DNA of 64,000 nucleotides from Pseudomonadota bacterium (GTDB taxonomy: Bacteria; Pseudomonadota; Gammaproteobacteria; JAKAQQ01), in contig DAHVLZ010000036.1 in assembly GCA_027320085.1 (NCBI GenBank), positions 1 through 64,000 of the forward strand. Direction: 5' to 3'. Numbering within the stretch: position 1 is the stretch's first letter; each line of letters begins with the position of its first letter. Both the position numbers and the translations under genes were made by a program. The notes below the pieces were generated by a model. It worked only from the letters and a program-made list of their open reading frames with translations, had not been told where the DNA came from and did no database searches. This document shows positions 10,701 to 18,468 of this stretch, in pieces.

Positions 10701-11041
10701 TGTATCCATTCAGCGCACTCCTTGGCCACCGCCCGCTGAGTGAGCTTGTTGCGCAGCTGGATCTCAAACTCGCTGCCGTAGAGGCTGCGCTCCCTGTCGA
10801 GCTTGGGGATATGGAATTCCTTTCGCTCTTTGCGAATCTTGTCGGTGACCTCGTTGGCAACAAAGGTGGGTGAGGTAAAGATGAAGTCCAGCTCGTCGAT
10901 CTTTTCCAGCTCGGCCTTCAGCGCCTCAAAGGCGTACATCGAAAAGCACGAGGCTGCGATCTTCAGGCGTGCGCCTGGCTTGAGGGTCTGCTTGAGATCG
11001 TCGCCCAGCAGAGAACTTACGTTGTCGAGGATTTTAGCCAT
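7748..11041 (-). CDS. SNF2-related SF2 helicase/ATPase associated with Type III RM loci
   Basis: LADSVGLGKT, DESHNFRN, LSATP, TDCISEGQNLQD, QRFGRVDRIG. Confidence 0.9.
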   Translation of the reverse strand: MAKILDNVSSLLGDDLKQTLKPGARLKIAASCFSMYAFEALKAELEKIDELDFIFTSPTFVANEVTDKIRKERKEFHIPKLDRERSLYGSEFEIQLRNKLTQRAVAKECAEWIQRKAKFKSNRTKAPMQQFACVQAGGTDTAYMPLHGFTVVDLGYQQGNAVSNLVNKMDEAPFAATYLSLFDQIWNDPETLEDVTAQICEHIASVYQENSPASIYFLMLYNIFNEFLDDIDEDVLPNDRTGYQDTLIWNKLFNYQRDAATGIINKLETYSGCILADSVGLGKTFTALAVIKYYELRNRSVLVLCPKKLADNWLNYNRNLKTNIFARDRFNYDVLCHTDLSRTSGESFGTPLNRINWGNYDLVVIDESHNFRNNDAYKEKETRYQKLMRKVIQEGVKTKVLMLSATPVNNRFTDLRNQLALAYEGNFKNLTKKLRTDRSVEEIFRGAQAAFNAWSKLPPEERTARAILDSLDFDFFELLDSVTIARSRKHIQTFYDTKDIGQFPERRKPLSYHCPLTERSDVLGFNEIFEQLSLLKLAVYAPISYILPSRLKKYEEIYDTKVGVKGTLRQADREKSLQALMTVNLLKRLESSVQSFRLTLQSLRANNEATFAKIAAFNQSGGAVTVGDLTDVLEALDAEEDELPMPGDEGGEIGGKIKISLADMDLPSWEHELKLDLQIIDALLASMNKITPQDDAKLQHLKAQLLGKFANPINPGNRKVLVFTAFADTADYLYTNLAPELLSRLSIHTAKVTGKGAPQSTIKSGAQKRSYDFQELLTLFSPRSKEKAMVLPDEPLEVDLLIGTDCISEGQNLQDCDYVINYDIHWNPVRIIQRFGRVDRIGSPNSSIQLVNYWPDISLDEYINLKERVESRMMIADVTATGDDNVLSAQANDVSYRKEQLRRLQEEVIELEDLKTGVSITDLGLNDFRMDLLNYVKSHGELRNVPNGMHAVVPAQPEMGLRPGVIFTLRNRNSGVNLNQHNRLHPYYLVYINREGEVIHDHTEVKRLLDLVRTCCKGQDKPIVDACQRFNQETADGRRMQSYSDLLGKSIRSMIEVKEEKDLDSLFSGGKTTALTDTISGLDDFELISFLVIQEAG

Positions 11042-11055
11042 CTATGCCTACAACC

Positions 11056-11481
11056 CTATCGGCTATTTCTTCGCCCGGATCGGTTAACTTCCGGCAGCGG
11101 CTTGTCCCAGGCCAGCAGATCCATCCGCACATTGTTCGCATAGGCGTTGTATTGCCAGCGGCGGAACTGATCCAACAGCAAATTATTGGTCTCTTCCAAC
11201 CTCTTGACCTGTGCTTCAAGGTCTGCAATCCGGCGATTCGCCGTTTCCACCGTGTAGTCTCTTGGAAGCGCCTCTTTAGCCTCTCGTAAGTCCTTCTGGC
11301 GCTGTTCAAAACGCTCTTTGATCGCAGGGTAAAGGTACATCGTATGCCGCGATACGGAAGGCAAATCTAGCGCTTTGGCTACGCGATCACAAAACAGGGG
11401 CCAAGTTAGTTTGCCTTCCCATCGATCCAGTTCGCGCAAGATCTTGGGCAGACTTGCTTTGGTGACGATTTTCTTGGGCAT
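11056..11481 (-). CDS. Small accessory protein of the recombinase operon (GinD/TnpC-like; HTH plus coiled coil)
   Basis: 141 aa from MPKKIVTK; last gene after three recombinases; coiled-coil segment RIADLEAQVKRLEE. Confidence 0.7.
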   Translation of the reverse strand: MPKKIVTKASLPKILRELDRWEGKLTWPLFCDRVAKALDLPSVSRHTMYLYPAIKERFEQRQKDLREAKEALPRDYTVETANRRIADLEAQVKRLEETNNLLLDQFRRWQYNAYANNVRMDLLAWDKPLPEVNRSGRRNSR

Positions 11482-11485
11482 GTGT

Positions 11486-13522
11486 TCAGTCCAGCGCCAA
11501 AGGAGTGATTGAAATCCGAGGAAACCCGGTATCAGGCTGATCCTCCATGCCAAGGTCCATCATCGCGCGACGAACCGCTGATGGATCATGTCCCTCGGGG
11601 ATTTTCAGAATCGTCCCATCTGGGAACTGCGGGTTTTGTAGCGCCATCCTCATGGTTCTGACGTGCGCGAGCTTCCACTTGTGGTTGTCCACCCAGCGGT
11701 CAGCACCAAAGTCGCCGTCGCGGTGTGCCTGCTGCGCTTTTTCAAGAAGGATCTCAGTTTGCATTTCAAGAACCAGCAGGCGCTCCAAGGTGACGTGATT
11801 CCCTTTGATGCATACATGCTCTTTGCAGGTCATGCACTCACGTTGCTTTTGGCAAGGAGCCATTGCGTAGTCATGGACACATATGCCGTAAAGCGTTGCT
11901 TTGGCAGTGCCGAGTCGATCTACGCCAAGTTCCTGATAGGTGACCGGTTGGCGCGCCTTGAAACGATCGAGCAGCGATGGACGCTCGACGGGAACGAGGT
12001 CTCTCGCCGCCTCCAGCCGTTCTTCAGGGGTGCGGTGGTCATAGTGCCGATTGTCCGCAACCCGTGCACGGCCAGCCCACTGCGCCAGCGTGAAATCATC
12101 CATACCAGCACGTTCAGACATAGTGCTGAGCCAGTGCCTGAGTTGATGTGAGGTCAGCTTGACGCTCGTTCCATCAGGGTTTTTGAACCCCATCCGGTCA
12201 AAAAGTGATAGCCCTTTTTCTGGGCTAAGGCGCGAATTAACTTTATCCGCAGTCGGCAACCGCCAGGAAAAATGCTTGACCGAAAACTCTTTGTGAAATT
12301 CGCGATCTCTGTGCAAGCAAAGCGCATCCCATGTCTTCACGGTTTGCTCGGGATCGATATAAGGCCAATACGTCCCACCATAGGTCTGCAGCACATAATC
12401 TGCGAGATCGCGATAGCTCGTGGCGCCTTGATCAATGAGATGCATGAAGCCCTTCTCCGCCACGACCCGTGTCCAGGCTGCCGACCCATCCGACAGTCGG
12501 CCAGAACCCCAGCACTTCACCCCAATTGCCGCGCAGAATTCATCCGGAAAGAGGGTGCGGGTGGGCTCGGCGTCAGGGTCGGCGATGCAATCCTCGTGTT
12601 GCATGAACCGCCTAGGATTCTCAAATGCGAAACGTGCCGCATCCCGCGCAGGTGCGCCGATTTCCAGCAGCCGCTGAACGGCTTCCTTGACCACATCCTG
12701 CATCACAGGCAGGACCCATTTTTTCATCGGCCCCTTGCCCTTCGCTGCGCGCCAACGTAGATACATTTGCTGCACACCAGCCTCGTCCGTTTCCCATTGA
12801 ATGCAGTCGATTGGCAGCCGCAGAACCTCGGAGATACGACTCGGTGTCGCCATCAGCAAGATGAGGATTGAAGAAAAATAGCGGCTTTCCGTATCGTTCG
12901 CCTGCGCAAACAAATCGGCGACTAACAACATCGTCGCGTTCGTCGGTAGCTTGGATGCACGGTGGTCTTGCCCGGCAGACCCTAGATCCTCAGTGAGGAT
13001 CACCGGCTTTTTGAAAGGGGAGCGCCATTCCGGCAGCGAGGGCACCAGGTTCTTTTCGCGTAGAAAATCGAAGAGCTTTTGAATCTGCCGTCCCGTATTG
13101 CATCGCACATCATCACTCGTATAGAACTCCCGGCACTTTTCGGCGCAAACATCCATTACGGCGCCATTCAGCCTCACGAGTTCGGCAGTGCCAGATGCGG
13201 TGAGCAGGCCGGCCTCCACACAGCGGAGCGCCTGAATCAAAGCCGCGACCTCTTTCGTCAGTCGGTGGCTGTAGCGATAACGGACATACGCTTTAGCGAA
13301 GTCCTTGAACGGCTCTGCCATCGGCGTGAAGGAATATGTACCCAGTGGGGCTGTTTTGGTCGCGAAGACAACAACCGTCCCGTTCTGCTCCCACCGATCA
13401 CTATCCCATGCGGCTCCAGCACCGAAGGCCGTCAACTCATCCCTGGCCAAGCGAATGAACTCGTCCAGATTCGCCGTAGCGTCGCGCTCGGCTCGCGGCA
13501 CGAATTGGACGAGTTCACCCAT
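11486..13522 (-). CDS. Large tyrosine recombinase (GinC-like)
   Basis: PSRISE, SHQLRH, HYDH; C-terminal Cys cluster; AAGGAG SD before ATG 13522. Confidence 0.85.
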   Translation of the reverse strand: MGELVQFVPRAERDATANLDEFIRLARDELTAFGAGAAWDSDRWEQNGTVVVFATKTAPLGTYSFTPMAEPFKDFAKAYVRYRYSHRLTKEVAALIQALRCVEAGLLTASGTAELVRLNGAVMDVCAEKCREFYTSDDVRCNTGRQIQKLFDFLREKNLVPSLPEWRSPFKKPVILTEDLGSAGQDHRASKLPTNATMLLVADLFAQANDTESRYFSSILILLMATPSRISEVLRLPIDCIQWETDEAGVQQMYLRWRAAKGKGPMKKWVLPVMQDVVKEAVQRLLEIGAPARDAARFAFENPRRFMQHEDCIADPDAEPTRTLFPDEFCAAIGVKCWGSGRLSDGSAAWTRVVAEKGFMHLIDQGATSYRDLADYVLQTYGGTYWPYIDPEQTVKTWDALCLHRDREFHKEFSVKHFSWRLPTADKVNSRLSPEKGLSLFDRMGFKNPDGTSVKLTSHQLRHWLSTMSERAGMDDFTLAQWAGRARVADNRHYDHRTPEERLEAARDLVPVERPSLLDRFKARQPVTYQELGVDRLGTAKATLYGICVHDYAMAPCQKQRECMTCKEHVCIKGNHVTLERLLVLEMQTEILLEKAQQAHRDGDFGADRWVDNHKWKLAHVRTMRMALQNPQFPDGTILKIPEGHDPSAVRRAMMDLGMEDQPDTGFPRISITPLALD

Positions 13523-15086
13523 ATTGAGCTCCTTCAAGCGTCAGAGCATTGGGGGTGGCGCTTTTGGCCTGTCGACACAGCAGGACGCAGTGCTCGACTG
13601 CGAGAATCTGCTGGTCGTTGGCATTGACCACCACGTCCGCGCACCCAGCAGCTCTGGCGCGTTCCTTCTCACCGTATAAGTCTGCAAGCACCTCTTCATG
13701 AGGTCCATCAATCCAGGGCTGAAAGTGATAGCACGTGTAGCACGCTCGATAGCCACTAGCGCAAAACCCATAGTTGCCACACGTCCCCACAGGGTGCTGT
13801 CGATCGTTGGGCACACGACTTCTCGGATCGTCCCCACGAATGGCGTCGCGTTCAGACTTGACAAGCCTGCCCAGGCAGGCCTGAGCAAAGGGCGCGAGCT
13901 GGGGGCCGATTAGCTCATTGATGCTCACAGCTTCCTGTGCGGTGTTTTCGGTATAAACCTTGACGTTCTGGATATCGGCGTGATCCAGCAGTTCGGCGAT
14001 GACGAACGGGCCAAACCCCTCGCGGCGGAGTTTGGTGCCCCGTGTGTGCCGGAAGCGCGTTGCCGAGAGGCGGATGAATTCGCCAGTGCGCTCCGACCGT
14101 GCCGTCGATGCCCTGGCGCAGCGTTGCAGACATCCAGCGAGCCACGTGGTGGTTGCGTGCAGTTGGTCAGGTGCCGATCCAAACAGGATTTTTTTGAGAT
14201 CCGCTACATCCATGAGGTGCTTGAGCACCTGTCGGTTGATGAAGATCGGGACTTCCGCAGCAAGGTCAGGATCGAGGTGTGCGCCGATCGCATTTTCTAC
14301 CGCGATCACTGATTGGCGGTGCTGTTGCTGCAGCACCAGATACAGATCTTCGATGATAGCCAACGCCCGGAAGCTCTCTCGAAAGCGGGTTCCCCGTTGT
14401 TTGGCTCGCGGACAGTTGAGGCTGAGTTGCCGCATGCCGTTTGATGTCGTTTGGGCCAGATCCTTTCCACGGAGCGCCGCGACCTGAACTGGGCGTCTGG
14501 CGGTCATCGTTAGCGTCAGCAGGTAGACGTAGTCCTCGAATACCAGCGACCGATTCGCTACGGCCATGTTGGCCCAATCCAAGAGTGCCGCGATTTCAAG
14601 ATCGGTGTACGGTCCAGTCTCAGGGCAGCCGCTCGCGACGGCAACGCCCTTATCGTTGCCCCGAATCCGCCAGCTCTGCAGGAGCTCCACAACCTCCTTG
14701 GAAATGCCGTCGAAGCCGTAGTCGTGCCAGGCCAGCAGAAAGCCTTTGAGCCCTCCGAGTTGCCATTGCTCATCTCGGCCCAACATGGCACGCCAATTCA
14801 TCAAATCCGTCGGCGTGACGTGAGAAGCACATGTGTCGCGCAAATAACGCTTGAAGCGGGTAGCCATGTTCTCACAATGCCGTGCCGACGCTTCTTCCGC
14901 ATAGCGTTGCAAAGTTGCACGGAATCCCCGCTCGGTGTCGTTTTCGATCCGATCAGGAAGAACGAGCGATACCGTCACATCTTTGTTCAGCTTCCAGTAG
15001 TCCTCGGCTGGATCAAACAGGTATCCGTCTTTCGATATCCCCAAGGACGGTAGGGTATTCCTGGCTTTCCGAGGTTCAGTGCTCAT
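13515..15086 (-). CDS. Tyrosine recombinase (GinB-like)
   Basis: TARRPVQ, TRFRHT, ELLDH, VY; C-terminal Cys-rich motif (C...C...CYTC). Confidence 0.85.
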   Translation of the reverse strand: MSTEPRKARNTLPSLGISKDGYLFDPAEDYWKLNKDVTVSLVLPDRIENDTERGFRATLQRYAEEASARHCENMATRFKRYLRDTCASHVTPTDLMNWRAMLGRDEQWQLGGLKGFLLAWHDYGFDGISKEVVELLQSWRIRGNDKGVAVASGCPETGPYTDLEIAALLDWANMAVANRSLVFEDYVYLLTLTMTARRPVQVAALRGKDLAQTTSNGMRQLSLNCPRAKQRGTRFRESFRALAIIEDLYLVLQQQHRQSVIAVENAIGAHLDPDLAAEVPIFINRQVLKHLMDVADLKKILFGSAPDQLHATTTWLAGCLQRCARASTARSERTGEFIRLSATRFRHTRGTKLRREGFGPFVIAELLDHADIQNVKVYTENTAQEAVSINELIGPQLAPFAQACLGRLVKSERDAIRGDDPRSRVPNDRQHPVGTCGNYGFCASGYRACYTCYHFQPWIDGPHEEVLADLYGEKERARAAGCADVVVNANDQQILAVEHCVLLCRQAKSATPNALTLEGAQYG

Positions 15087-16279
15087 CCTTACCCTCCCCA
15101 CCCTGCTGGTTGCGCACCAGCCCTGCCTGCACTCGTCGGATCGCCTCATCGGCGGTTTCGCGAACATGCCGCCGGTTGTAAGCCGCACCCGAAGCTTTGT
15201 TGCGGTGCCCGTTCAAGAACGCACGAACATCGAGCTCACGCGCCTCGCTGATGCGCGCGCTTTTTGTTGCGCCGCTTGCCCCCTCTGTTTTGGCATTCTG
15301 CGCATCGATGCTGACGGATAGCTCGTAGTTGAAATGATGACGAAAGGCATGAGGATGAATGTGGATGAAAGCTGGATCCAGCTTACGCATGCGCGCGAAG
15401 ATTTGGCTGCTCAGCGCGGAGATGGTGACGGGTTTGCCCCAGGTCGCCCCCTTACGATGCGTCACCAGTAGGTAGGGGTGACGGCGGGCTGGAGCAGTCT
15501 GGGCGCGCACCTGCATGATGTAGCTCTGGATCTGTTCGGCAAGCGAGAGCGGGATCGGCAGCAAGCGCTCCTTGGTTTTGGATGCGGGTTGATAGCGACG
15601 CGAATCGTGGATGTCGTCTTGATTGCGTCGTATCCACACACGAGGTTCATGGCCCAAATCAAGCTGATCGAGGCGCAGGCTCAAAAGTTCGCCGCGACGC
15701 ATGCCGGTGTGTCGCAGCAATCCAAAAATGATGGCATTGCGTAGCCGAACATCGGGATGCAGGAATGGGTTTACTGGAGAATCCTCCGCCCCAACAGACA
15801 TAAAGCGGTCGACCAATTCTGACGGTGGCGACAAATTCCAGGTAGTCAGCCAGCGTGCTGATCCGGTTGTAGTGCTGTTGGCCACCGACAGCAGCCTGCG
15901 CATGACTGGACGCGACCCTCGACTCCAGGAAATACACCGCGGCGGCGTGGGATGTGCCCACCTCGTTTGAGGCGGGCAACTGGCTACGCATGTCGAGTTT
16001 GGCGAAGTCGCGCAGTGACACGACATCCGCAACGGTGAGAAAGCTGCCTTGGGTAAACTCGGCGATCAAGTCTCGCCCATGCTGCTCTTCCCAACGCAGG
16101 AGCACGCTGATGTCCGCCAGCTTGTTTCGGATCGTGTTGACAGCAGCCCCGGCATTGCGAAGCTGCGTGGTCGCGAAGAGCGTGGGATAGAAGAGTGGCA
16201 ACCCCTGCTTATCGTGAAGCATCGGCACCCGTTCACCACCGGACAGCACATGAATGGAAAGCCGAGTCACAACCACCAT
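15076..16279 (-). pseudogene. Tyrosine recombinase (GinA-like) split by a frameshift near 15820-15832
   Basis: N-terminal half (ERVPML...LADYLEFVA) and catalytic half (TGMRRGELL, HPHAFRH, LNGH, Y) are in different frames. Confidence 0.8.
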
Positions 16280-16294
16280 TCCCTACAAACCCAA

Positions 16295-16314
16295 CATGTA
16301 TTTAACTATACATG
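16295..16314. promoter_or_regulatory. Palindrome CATGTAT-N6-ATACATG upstream of the recombinase operon (operator or recombinase site)
   Basis: Perfect 7-bp inverted repeat with 6-bp spacer, about 15 bp upstream of the first ATG. Confidence 0.5.
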
Positions 16315-16339
16315 ATCTTTTTCGACAATAAAAACAGGC

Positions 16340-16372
16340 AAAAAAAGAAGGCCCCGTAAAAACAGGGCCTTC
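16340..16372 (-). terminator. Rho-independent terminator downstream of ssb
   Basis: GAAGGCCC/GGGCCTTC stem followed by a T7 tract on the minus strand. Confidence 0.8.
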
Positions 16373-16407
16373 GGCGATCTTGCTCAACACTGATAAATAT
16401 GTGTTGT

Positions 16408-16416
16408 CTAGAACGG
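16408..16416. repeat. Right att-like direct repeat CTAGAACGG (ssb 3' end)
   Basis: Identical to 794-802. Confidence 0.75.
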
Positions 16417-16863
16417 AATATCGTCCTCCAGCGGTTCTTCCCCCTGAGCCTCGGTCGGCGGCGGGGCATCAGCAGGAGCCTTGTTGCTGCCCCCCCGGCT
16501 TGGTGGGGGGCCGCCAGTCTCGCCACCGCGCCCGCCCAGCATCTGCATCTCGTTGGCGATGATCTCGGTCGAATAGTGGGTCTGCCCGTCCTTCTCGTAG
16601 TTCCGGGTCCGGAGACTGCCCTCGACATAGATCTGGGACCCCTTGTGCACGTAGTCCCGGACGATCTCGGCCAAGCGGTTGAAAAAGACCACCCGGTGCC
16701 ACTCCGTCCGCTCCTCGCGTTCGCCGCTCTGCTTGTCCTTCCAGGAGGAGCTCGTGGCAAGCCTCAAGTTCGCGACCGGGGCGCCCGAGGGCAGGTAGCG
16801 GAGTTCCGGATCCGCGCCCGCATTCCCCACCAGAATCACCTTGTTGACACCACGACTGGCCAT
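16408..16863 (-). CDS. ssb: Single-stranded DNA-binding protein
   Basis: [22 protein letters not shown]-terminal DDIPF. Confidence 0.97.
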   Translation of the reverse strand: MASRGVNKVILVGNAGADPELRYLPSGAPVANLRLATSSSWKDKQSGEREERTEWHRVVFFNRLAEIVRDYVHKGSQIYVEGSLRTRNYEKDGQTHYSTEIIANEMQMLGGRGGETGGPPPSRGGSNKAPADAPPPTEAQGEEPLEDDIPF

Positions 16864-16974
16864 GTTGTTCACCGAATTCTTGCGACCCCTGTCATTGTAG
16901 GGGTTGGGCGCCTCTTTTGCACCGGGAAAGCGGCCTTTTCCGCGGGCTCAACCGAGACCGCCCGCCCCAAACCC

Positions 16975-16987
16975 TAACTGATTGATT
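16975..16987 (-). promoter_or_regulatory. Possible IHF site upstream of ssb
   Basis: AATCAATCAGTTA matches WATCAANNNNTTR within GC-rich intergenic DNA. Confidence 0.35.
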
Positions 16988-17071
16988 TAGCGGAAGCGGG
17001 CCATCCGTTGGGAAGATGGGGCCCGACCCTGTGCCAAGCTTTCCGTCCTCCCCGTCCCCCTCGGTGATTCC

Positions 17072-18430
17072 TCAGAACCCGAACTGTGCCCGAAGCGACT
17101 GAAGCTCCTCCTCAGCCCTGTACGCGGGATCGATGCGGAGATAAAGCACACCCTCCTCCGCTGCATATCGCCACTCCAGGACGCCCTCGAGGGTGGCCAG
17201 ACGGCTCTTGAGGAGCGAGAGATCCGGTTGCTGGGGAAGCCTGAAGAGAAGCGTGCGACAACGTCTCACGTTGGCAGTGGGCCAGGCCACCCAGAACCAG
17301 GCGACCAGCGCGAGGAGATCGAGGGCCAGGACACCCCGGACACCGGTCTTGGCCCAGACGAGACCGCCCACCGCCCCGCCCAGGAAAATCCCCAGGAACT
17401 GGCAGCTGGAGTAGACCCCGAGCCCGCTCCCCGAAAAACCCACGGGTGTGATCCGGGAGACCCAGGAAGGCAAAAGGGCCTCGAGGAGCGTGAAGGCCAC
17501 AAAGTAAAGGCCCAGTCCGACCACCAATCCCACGGGCGAGGCCGGGGCGGCCAAGAGCAGGCCGAGCCCGATCCCGAGGACCAAGATTCCGGCCCTGAGG
17601 AAGCGGCGGAAGCTGGCACGGATCTCGGCCAGGATGACGAAGGGCAACGACAGGACAAAGGCGCCGGCCAGGAGCGGCAGGTAAAGGATCCAACTGTCCG
17701 ACGCATCCACCCCGAGGGCCCGGCGGGTCAGATGGGGCAGGACCAGGAAGAGGCTGGTCAAAACCGCATGCTGGACCAGGATCCCGAAATCAAGCCGGCG
17801 GAGATCCCGGTGGGCGAGGACGCTCCGGAAGGCCGAGCGGCTCCGATCGGGCACGGGGCGATGCGACCAGGCCGGGGGGCGAACGACGAGCACGAGGACG
17901 ATGGCTGCGAAGGCGAGAAACCCGGTCAACCAGAAGATTCCGGAAAGACCGATCGCCCGGGCCAGAAGCGGACCCACGACGATCGAGAGACCGAAGGAGA
18001 GCCCGATGAACCCCCCCGCCGCCGCCATGGCCCGCGTCCGGTGTTCCTCGTGGGTGACATCCGAAATGAAAGCCAGGGTTGTTGATCCAATGGCGCCGAG
18101 CCCCTGGATCAGGCGGCCCGCGATGAGTCCGGTGATGGTCGTGGAGATCGCCGCCACGCCACTGCCCAGCGCAAAGAGGAGGAGTCCCATGACGATCACG
18201 GGTTTTCGTCCCCAGCGGTCCGAAAGCCATCCGAAGGGCAGCTGGAAAATCCCCTGGGTGAGACCATAACTCCCGAGCGCCAGCCCGATCGTGAAGGCCG
18301 TGGCTCCCGCGTAATGGGAGGCCAGTTGCGAGAAGATCGGATAAATCATGAAAAGGCCGAGCATGCGCAAGGAGAGCACCAAACCCAGCGCAAGGACGGC
18401 GCCCACCTCGATGCGACTGAGCGACTCCAC
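17072..18430 (-). CDS. MFS transporter (YajR-like)
   Basis: LRMLGLFM, GWLSDRWGRKPVI motif A, about 12 TM segments, soluble C-terminal domain; start taken at GTG 18430. Confidence 0.88.
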   Translation of the reverse strand: MESLSRIEVGAVLALGLVLSLRMLGLFMIYPIFSQLASHYAGATAFTIGLALGSYGLTQGIFQLPFGWLSDRWGRKPVIVMGLLLFALGSGVAAISTTITGLIAGRLIQGLGAIGSTTLAFISDVTHEEHRTRAMAAAGGFIGLSFGLSIVVGPLLARAIGLSGIFWLTGFLAFAAIVLVLVVRPPAWSHRPVPDRSRSAFRSVLAHRDLRRLDFGILVQHAVLTSLFLVLPHLTRRALGVDASDSWILYLPLLAGAFVLSLPFVILAEIRASFRRFLRAGILVLGIGLGLLLAAPASPVGLVVGLGLYFVAFTLLEALLPSWVSRITPVGFSGSGLGVYSSCQFLGIFLGGAVGGLVWAKTGVRGVLALDLLALVAWFWVAWPTANVRRCRTLLFRLPQQPDLSLLKSRLATLEGVLEWRYAAEEGVLYLRIDPAYRAEEELQSLRAQFGF

Positions 18431-18468
18431 CGGATTACGGGGATGACGTCTTGAAGGGCGCCCGGCTC

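Larger units (their letters stand above)
794..16416. mobile_element. Integrative island (GInt-like three-recombinase element) inserted at the ssb 3' end, with defence cargo
   Basis: 9-bp direct repeat at both ends equals the last codons of ssb; recombinase operon at one end; AT-rich termini; all genes co-oriented. Confidence 0.8.

Noticed and set aside
16295-16314. LexA SOS box upstream of the recombinases
   Set aside because: Palindrome does not fit CTGT-N8-ACAG
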